The notes under the pieces are model-generated. The model was given only the letters and a program-made list of their open reading frames with translations, ran no database searches and had not been told where the DNA came from. Made by a program: the position numbers and the translations under genes. Source: the human T2T-CHM13v2.0 reference genome, Homo sapiens. Taken from it: 64,000 bases of DNA. This document shows, piece by piece, positions 52,611-64,000 of the stretch. Every line of letters begins with the position of its first letter. Positions within the stretch are counted from its first letter, which is position 1. The DNA is taken from the NCBI RefSeq assembly GCF_009914755.1, contig NC_060943.1. One strand, given 5' to 3'.

Positions 52611-53989
52611 TCTCCATCCTTCAGATTCTACAGCCTCTGCCTCCTTGCTATACCCTGTCCCTACAAGTATTGGCTGAGCTCATAGTAGGTGCAAATCTCT
52701 GCCACCCTGGGGATTTGAACATGCCTGAATAGAATGGAGTCTGCCCTCATAGAGCTCGCAGCCTGGGGGCAGACAGTTCTGAACGGAATGATTACACAGA
52801 AAGACATTCACCTCCCAGGCAGGAGAGGTAATCACGCGCTCTTAATCACTACCTCCGTTTCTCTCAGGCAATACGGGAGGGGAGGCGGCACCCCCATCGT
52901 GGCCTGGTTTGAGATGTTCCCAGCCGTAGGAGACAGACTGTCATCAAGTGTCGGAAAATAGCTGTCATGGGAATCCTCACCTCCTGACACCTTCCCAGCC
53001 CCGTGCTCCCGAAACCCTCCCCGCGTGGCTGCAGAGTTGTAGGTTCTGCTCCTGGTGACGGGCAACCCCGTAATCTCCAATGCTCACGGCAGCTCTGCTG
53101 GGGCACAGCAGCTCCTGGGGGCCAAGGTCCCAGCCAGGACGTGGATGTCAGGGCCGAGATTGGAATGTAGAACCGTGGGAGTCCAGAGCCCAGGTCCTTC
53201 CCCACGAACCACCAGATGTGGTGTGGGTTTCCTGGTTTCCGTTCTTGTTCAAGTGGAATAAAAGGAAAAGGTGGGGGAGTGACAGCCACACCTAGTGTCC
53301 CCCCACCATGGTGGGGGATTTTTGTCTGTTCCCTTTGCTGCCGTGTCCCCCGTGCCTGGGAGGCGCCCAGTGCTGAACGATGCCCCTTTGCACATATACA
53401 GTCTCACGCTGATTGATCTGGGTTTACTAAGTGTCAGTGATTCACTCCCTTGAAAATGGGAGCCCCATTTTCAATGTGTGACTCCCATTGTGATCGTAGG
53501 TTCTGGGGACCCACAGAGGACAGGCCCAGACCCTGATCTCAAAAACGCCTCAGAGGCCAGGTGCGGTGGCTTACGCCTGTAATCCCAGCACTTTGGGAGG
53601 CCGAGGTGGGTGGATCACTTGAGGTCAGGAGTTCAAGACCAGCCTGGCCAACATGGTGAAACCCCATCTCTACTTGTGTGCAAACAGAGCTTGCTGGTCC
53701 TCGCACATGGGACAGAATGAGGGACAGGAGCAGGCCACCGGCTTTTCTGGTTTCTGAAGGAGTCTGTTGTGAAATATGCAAGTGCCTTCCGACCATGCGC
53801 ACCAGGCCCTCTGCCCTGGGGAACAATGTGCTTCACGTTCCTTCATTTTCAAGCTCCTGAATGTTTCCAAACTAAAATGTAAATTTGGCCCCATGTTTTG
53901 AGTCTTTGATGTATCCACGGAGCTCCCTCTGAAATGCACTCAGCTCCAAGAGGAGGAAAATCGACCTCTGTCTTCTGGGAACGCATTAC

Positions 53990-54166
53990 AGCGAGGGCTC
54001 TTGACCCTGGCTGCACAGCAGAATCTCTAGGGAGAGCTTTTAAAATAAAATCGATGCCCGGGCCCCATCCCCAGACCTTGTGGTTTAAGTGGTCCAGGGT
54101 GGAGCTCGGCTCTGGGAATTTCAAGACCTCCCCAGGGATTTCTGCGGGCAGCTGGGCTGAGACCCA
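53990..54166. mobile_element. MER5-family DNA transposon relic
   Basis: cctggctgcacagcagaatc...gatgcccgggccccatccccagac. Confidence 0.65.
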
Positions 54167-54510
54167 TCTCTCTGTGGTTGTGAAAATACAACCTCGGGCC
54201 AGGCATGGTTGCTCACGCCTATAATCCCAGCACTTTGGGAGGCTGAGGCAGGCAGATCACTTGAGGTCAGGAGTTTGAGACCAGCCTGGCCAACATGGTG
54301 AAACCCCGTCTCTACTAGAAATACAAAAGAAAAAAGAAATGCGAGCATGGTGGCTCAAGCCTGTAATCCCAGCACTTCGGGAGGCCAAAGCAGGTGGATC
54401 ACCTGAATTAAGGAGATCGAGACCAGTCTGGCCAACATGGCGAAACCCCGTCTCTACTAAAAATACGAAAATTAGCCGAGTGTGGTGGTGCACACCTGTA
54501 ATCCCAGCTA

Positions 54511-54954
<444 letters not shown>

Positions 54955-54957
54955 TCA

Positions 54958-55323
<366 letters not shown>

Positions 55324-55704
55324 TTATCTTCTTCCATGTACTGTCAACTCCTTAAGGGTGGGAATGGTGTCTTTTTTTTTTTTTTTTTTTTTGCTCCCTC
55401 CATGGCACCCCCCACCCCCATCCTGCGCTCAACACAGGACTGGGTGTAGAGATGACCTCATAAAACACACTGCACGGTAACTTGCATGGTGGCTTAGCAA
55501 ACAAGAGGTGCTTAATAAATGGTAGCTAACGACAATGAAAAAAAGTGTTTCCCAAACGTTGACAGCCAAGCCCCAACTGTGGGTTCAGCAGGGGTCAGAT
55601 GCTGTTCAGAGCGACCCCACCCTGAAGCTCCCTGTCACAGCCGGGAATAAGGGGAGGCAAAGTTGGGGCAGCAGACAGGAGAGTCTGACTTTGCTTAGCG
55701 TTCA

Positions 55705-56184
<480 letters not shown>

Positions 56185-56861
56185 TTAAGCCTGGAGGGGG
56201 TCAGGTTACATGCAGCCTCCAATGCTCAGTGGAGGGCCTGGGATTCTTATCTTGGGTGGGGGCACAGGGCCACTGGAGGGCTGTGAGGAGAAAGGGACAG
56301 GGTCAGCTCTGGGTCCCGGAGGACCCCTCTGAGGACTGGAGGAGAGAGAGAGAAGGCTGGGGTGAGGGTCCAGTGGGGGAGGAAGCCCAGGCAGGGAGGA
56401 GGGAGGAAGTGGCCAGGACCCCCCGCCCCCCGGTCTCAAAAAATTGTGGTTTTGAGTGAGACTCTGTCTCAAAAACAGACAGACAGACAGACAAACAAAC
56501 AAACAGTTGTGGTTTTGCCAAAACCAAAGTTATTTCTTGCGCTCAACCCTTAAGGCAACCAATTTCTGGCTGAGAAAATAGTGCAACACCGCCACTATGT
56601 GGTTATTTGGAGTTTTGCAGCCAAGAATTTGAAAGTAAAGCCAGCCTCCAAATCGGGAAGCTTTTGAGAACTTCAGGAGGGCACTATTGCCACTGACGCT
56701 AAAACATTAGCCTAAAATGTTGGTGATCCACAAAACTTCTATTAATTCGAGATAAAATTATAGTGCAACTATGAATGTTTATTACTGAAATTTGGGGCCA
56801 AGCGCGGTGGCTCACACCTGTAATCCCAGCACTTTGAGAGGCCGAGGCGGGCAGATCACTA

Positions 56862-57128
<267 letters not shown>

Positions 57129-57233
57129 TCATGCCTGTAATCCCAGTACTTTGGGAGGCTGGGGCAGGTGGATCACCTGACGTTGGGAGTTCGAGACCAG
57201 CCTGACCAACATGGAGAAACCCCATCTCTACTA

Positions 57234-58142
<909 letters not shown>

Positions 58143-59057
58143 TCAACCCTACTCCAAAGCTGGCTTTTCAGATATTGAGCTGAAATGAAATTGCTTTTGA
58201 CTAGATGAGAAGGTAGGTGAAATGCAATTGAAGGTGGAAGTGTCCCCCAGGGCATTGACCTGAGGATGCTGGAGGTAGAGGCAGGGGGTGGGGGAAGGGC
58301 GCTAAGCAAGGGGGCTGCTAGCGAACTGCCTGTGGGGGCGGGTCTGCACATTTTTATAGGAAGGGACATTGCTGGTGGGTGTTGAAGGTTAAATAGGAGT
58401 TTGTTAAGAAAAGAGGCTGAGCACAGTGGCTCACACCTGTAATTCCAACACTTTGGGAGGCTGAGGTAGGAGGATTGCTTGAGGCCAGGAGTTAGAGACC
58501 AGCTTGGGTGACATAGTGAGACCCTGTCTCTAAAAAAAATTAAAAAGTTAGCTGGGCATGGTGGTGAACACCTACAGTCCCAGCTACTCAGGAGGCTGAG
58601 GCAGGAGGACTGCTTGAGCCTGGGAGTTCAGGGTTGCAGTGAGCTATGATCATACCACTGCACTCTAGCCTGGGCAATAGAGTGAGATCTCATCTCAAAA
58701 AGAAAAGAAAAAAGAGGAAGATGTGTTGATACAGTATGACAGTGATGAAGATGATGACGATAACTACAGACCCACTGCAGCTGACAAAGTGCATTCACAT
58801 TTTGGATCTCTGGCTGCCCTGGCTGTGGTTTTTTGGGGCCCACTGGACAAAGATTTTCGCCTTTGTCTGATGGAGAAGAAATCACGGGATCAAGGGAAAT
58901 AACAAATCCGAAGTACACAGCAGCCTGTGTTGGTGCCGGGTGCTCAATGTGCCCTGCTTGTTCTTCCCTCTGTGCCCTTACACCAGGTTGAAATGTTCTT
59001 CCTCTTCTTGGAATTTCCCCACAGACTCCTACTCATCCCTGAAAACCCAGCGCAGAT

Positions 59058-59165
59058 TCCCAGCTCCTAGCCTCAAACCTGCGAGGGTGGGTCCTCACCA
59101 CTCTCCTACCTCAGACCCTGGAGTCCGGACCCCCACCCCACTCCCTTCTGAAACACAGAGCCCCA
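59058..59165 (+). repeat. Degenerate MSR1-like minisatellite units
   Basis: ctcctacctcagaccctggagtccggacccccacccc resembles the 19q MSR1 unit CTCCTCCCTCAGACCCAGGAGTCCAGGCCCCCAGCCC. Confidence 0.55.
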
Positions 59166-59305
59166 GGTGTGGTGTAGGCCCGAGGCCGGGCGCAAGGGCA
59201 GTGGGTCGGCGGAGCAGGATGTGCGGATTCAGTTACATTTATCTGGCCTCAGAGCGATGGCAGAGGGAGAGGCAGGGCTCTTGTGCGGGGAGGTCCTGTG
59301 TCTTC

Positions 59306-59317
59306 TCACTGCTGAGC
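59306..59317 (-). CDS. SMIM47: Microprotein coding exon 3 (AQQ-stop)
   Basis: Acceptor ttttcctctctcag|GCT CAG CAG TGA; possible variant poly(A) signal GATAAA at 59243-59238. Confidence 0.8.
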   Translation of the reverse strand, partial: AQQ

Positions 59318-59435
59318 CTGAGAGAGGAAAACAGGGACATATACAGAGATGTGGGAGAGAAAGAGAGACCAAGATGACAGAACTGGACCAGGGAGACAGA
59401 GACTCAGCCCCCACCTCCGCTCTTCTCCCGCTCAC

Positions 59436-59495
59436 CTTGTTGAAGAAATAGATGGAGGTCAGGATGGTGAACAAGGCCATGGCCAGGGTCACATT
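59436..59495 (-). CDS. SMIM47: Microprotein coding exon 2 (NVTLAMALFTILTSIYFFNK, transmembrane helix)
   Basis: Acceptor ctcccccccag| and donor AAG|gtgagc; exactly 60 nt, phase 0/0, hydrophobic. Confidence 0.85.
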
Positions 59496-59583
59496 CTGGG
59501 GGGGAGATCAGAGGTCAGGACCCTTCCCCTCCCTGCCCTCTGCCCAGCCCCAGGCCTCCCTTCCCTGCCAGACCCCTCCTCAC

Positions 59584-59598
59584 TTCCTGAAAGTTCAT
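59584..59598 (-). CDS. SMIM47: Microprotein coding exon 1 (MNFQE)
   Basis: Minus strand ggccATGAACTTTCAGGAA|gtgagg: G at -3 and a canonical phase-0 donor. Confidence 0.8.
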
Positions 59599-59715
59599 GG
59601 CCTTGGGACTCCAGCCACCCCTTGGTTGGTCTTCTCTCTCTTTCCTGGGCCTCTGAGCCAGAGGGGGGAGAAGCCACTGGAACTCCGAGAGGGGGTTGTC
59701 GGAGAGACCAGAATG

Positions 59716-59729
59716 GTGGCCATGGCAAC
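59716..59729 (-). promoter_or_regulatory. RFX X-box upstream of the microprotein ATG
   Basis: Minus strand GTTGCCATGGCCAC, 13/14 match to the palindromic X-box GTTGCCATGGCAAC. Confidence 0.5.
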
Positions 59730-60261
59730 GGGGAAAGGGCATTCTGGTAGAGGGGACAGGCAGGGGCATAGGGCAGATACAGACCCTGGTGTGGCCCGCC
59801 ACATGTGGTGTCTGAATGTGACATCGGGACGTGTGAGATTGGAGAGTCTCAACCCTGAACACCATACTGAGGTGTTTGGGTTTTGCCCCGGAGGGTGCTG
59901 GGGAGCCATGAGAGGGCTGAGAGCAGGGGAGGGACCAGGTCAGTTCTGGGTATAGAAATATCTCAAAACAGGAGCCTGCAGGCCAGGAGAACAGTAAGGG
60001 AGGCCCAGGCAAAATTTCCTCCTCCAGATGGGAGGATCACTTGAGCCCAGGGGGTTGAGGCTGCCATGAGCCAAGATCACGCCACTGCACTCCAGCCTGG
60101 GCAAGAGTGAGATCCTGTCTCCACAACTAACAACTAAGAAAAAATAAAATAAAATACATATGATACATTTGTGAGATACCTATTTACCTATCTATCGCTA
60201 CCACAAAAATGGGGACTATACAATCTGCTACTCAGGTAGCTATTTGCGTTATTTGTGGCAG

Positions 60262-60342
60262 ATATAGTCTCGCTATTTTTGGTAGTTATGTTGTACAACT
60301 GTGAACACTTATTGGGGAAATATATGTGTGTGTGTGTATATG

Positions 60343-60382
<40 letters not shown>

Positions 60383-60975
60383 CACATATATATAGGGTTG
60401 GGTGCAGTGGCTCATGCTTGTAATCCCAACACTTTGGTTAAGTGAGACAGTAGAATTGCTTGAGCCCAGGAGTTCAAGGCCAGCCTGGGCAACATTGTAA
60501 GACCCCATCTCTTTAAATATATATAAATATAGGCCAGGTGCCGGTGGCTCACACCTGTTTTCCCAACACTTTGGGAGGCCGGGGCGGGAGGATCACCTGA
60601 GGTCAGGAGTTTGAGACCAGCCTGGCCAACATGGCGAAACTCCATCTCTACTAAAAAACAAAAAAACAAAAAAATTAGCCGGGCATGGTGGTGCACGCCT
60701 GTAGTCCCAGCTATTTGGGAGGCTGAGGCACCAGCAACACTTGAACCCCAGGCGGAGGAGGTTAAATTGAGCCGAGATTGTGCCACTGCACTCTAGCCTG
60801 GGCAACAGAGCGAGACTCCATCTCAAAATAATAATAATAAATAAAAATAAATAAATAAATAGAAAATAAATAGAAAAATATATACTTTTATTAATGAAGC
60901 AATGGGTCCTTATTTGCTGATTCAGTGGTCACAGTTATACAACATCGCTACTATGAATAACAAGAATTGATTGTA
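60262..60975. mobile_element. MER44/Tigger7-like element with Alus inside
   Basis: Degenerate terminal inverted repeats (ggtagttatgttgtacaactgtgaacac vs gtggtcacagttatacaacatcgctact). Confidence 0.55.
60320..60393. repeat. (TG)n/(CA)n microsatellite
   Basis: Seen directly. Confidence 0.95.
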
Positions 60976-61676
60976 AACACGGTACCTCACGGCACTACCC
61001 AGAACATTCCAGAAGGCAACACATTCTGCAGAGCAAACGGCACCGTCTCTCCAACAAATCCATGCCACAGTGCAAAACAAAAGCAAGTAGCCTTGCTATA
61101 TTTGAAAAAAATCCGTTAAGAGACACAAGACCAGCTTTGAGGGGTGATCCTGGACCGGGTTTTGGCTTGGACAAAACAAGTTATAAAGGCTCTTTGTGGG
61201 TGGAGGCCGAGGTGGGCGGATCACCTGAGGTCAGGAGTTTGAGACCAGCCTGGCCAACATGGTGAAACCCTGTCTCTACTAAAAATACAAAAATTAGCCA
61301 GGTGCAGTGGTGTGCACCTATAGTCCCAGCTACTCAGGAGGCTCAGGCACGAGAATCATCAGAACCCAGGAGGCAGAGGTTGCAGTGAGCCGAGATCGTA
61401 CCACAGCACACCAGCCTGTGTGACAGAGTGAGATCCTGTCTCAAAAAACAAAACAAGACAAAGTCTCTTTGGGGAGAAACGGAGGGACATTTGAATAGGG
61501 AATGGGTATCAGACAAGACGAAAGCACTACTGCCAAGGAGAAGAGGAGGTTAACTGAAAGACGCAGGTTACAAAATTGCAGGTTCTGTATGATCTCATTT
61601 TGGTAAGAAGTACATACATGAAAAACTGCATTTAAACATCAGGTTTCACTCTGTCGTCCAGGATGGAGTGGAGTGA

Positions 61677-61943
<267 letters not shown>

Positions 61944-62840
61944 TAAATGTGTGTCATTTTAAGCCACTGAGTGGTAACTTGTCACAGCAGCCAATACATC
62001 AGTAGATAGGAAAGTGCTGACATCTCCAGGGGCTAGAACGTGGTTTCTAGTTTCTTAATTTTGCTTCAGGATTTTTTTCTCTTTTCTGTTTTTTTTAGAG
62101 ACAGGCTCTTGGTTTGTTGTCCAGGCTGTAGTGCAAAGGCACAATTACAGCTCACTGAAGCCTCAAATTCCTGGACTCATGTGATCCTCCCATCTCAGTC
62201 TCTTGAGTAGCTGGGACTACAGGCAGATGCCACCATACCATGCCTGGCTAATTTTTGTTTATCTTTTATAGAGATGGAGTCGGGTGCGGGGGGTGGGTCT
62301 CACCATATTGGCCAGGCTGGTCTTGAACTCCTGGCCTCAAGCAACCCTCCCACCTTGGCCTCCCAAAGTGCTGGGATTACAGGTGTGAGCTGCCAGCTCC
62401 TGGTCTGGCTTAAGCCTCCAGCCCTTCTACTTCTTTATTCCAGGGGCCTCTACCCTATTTCAAGTACGAGGAGAGACAGAGATTCACAAAACTTTTGTAT
62501 CTGGTGCAGGGGCTCACACCTGTAATCCCAGCACTTTGGGAGGCCAAGGTGGGAGGATTGCTTGAGCCCAGGAGTTTAAGAGCAGTCTGGGCAACACAGC
62601 AAAACCCTGTCTCAAAAAACAACAAAAACCTAGGACAGGACTGGAGGCTGACTGTGCGCAGTGAGGCAGGAGAGCCAGCCAGCCCCAGGTGGTGCTGCGA
62701 AGTGTAGATTTTATTAGCATTGTGGGATGGTGAGGCCGCCTGAGCAGCAGACGATTGCCATTGAAAGATGACCTGTTGGCTGGGCATGGTGGCTCATGCC
62801 TGTAATCCCAGCATTTTGGGAAGCCGAGGCGAGTGGATCA

Positions 62841-63305
<465 letters not shown>

Positions 63306-63779
63306 TCAGGGCAGGTGGATGGTGGCCTGGGTGGTGGGTTGGCTGGTTTGTACAGGAGAGGCATGCGCTTGGGCCAGTCCCTGACTATCTCCAGGAACTG
63401 GTAACCCTGGGAGGGGTGGTCCTTCTACGATCAGCAAGGCCCCTGATGTCAAAGCATCAGAGTACAGAAAATCAAGCACATAGTTACTATCGTCAGCCTC
63501 TGCAACTCAGGGGGTCAAGACTGTTGCTGAGACGAACAATGTGGGGTGGGGGTCTCTGTCCAAGTCTGCAACCAGGTTAAAGGCACCTGTGTTCAAATCG
63601 CAGCTTTGTCTGAGAAATCTGTGTTTTCTCAGGCCAGTTAGGGAACCCTTCTGTGCCTCAGTTTCCCCATCGGTACAATGGGGATGGTGGTAAGCACATC
63701 AGTGTCTCCTGGGGCAGCGATGAAGATGAAACGAAGATGAAACGGGTTAATCCAAGGCTGGCAGAGGCGCTGGGGAATG

Positions 63780-64000
<221 letters not shown>

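Noticed and set aside
59229-59492. 87-aa unspliced ORF from the track
   Set aside because: Begins at a GTG inside exon 2 and reads through a strong donor; the spliced 28-aa model fits much better

Overview
Human-type, extremely Alu-dense genomic DNA. From the encoded proteins I recognise it as the 19q13.33 interval between CLEC11A and ACP4; that placement is from memory, not a database search. Genes: intact intronless GPCR GPR32 (43405-44475, +); its paralogous pseudogene GPR32P1 (~31178-32244, +), whose only frame-disrupting lesion is a 4-bp deletion; a three-coding-exon 28-aa membrane microprotein on the minus strand (59306-59598, SMIM47-like), which the ORF track does not recover; and the start of ACP4 (63904 to window end). 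Structure: a ~12-13 kb tandem duplication (22144-34983 / ~35041-46982) carrying the two GPR32 copies, with copy-specific LTR and Alu insertions, Alu-mediated deletions, an inversion and gene-conversion tracts; and an older inverted duplication (~8980-11643 / 17946-21045). Two candidate transcription units that I cannot assign to a known gene are visible: a minus-strand signal-peptide ORF behind a CpG-rich promoter (936-1530) and a plus-strand two-exon noncoding model (~50670-53285). No prokaryote-type systems (CRISPR etc.) are present. Repeat family names are from recall of consensus sequences and need RepeatMasker/Dfam confirmation; identities are by-eye estimates.
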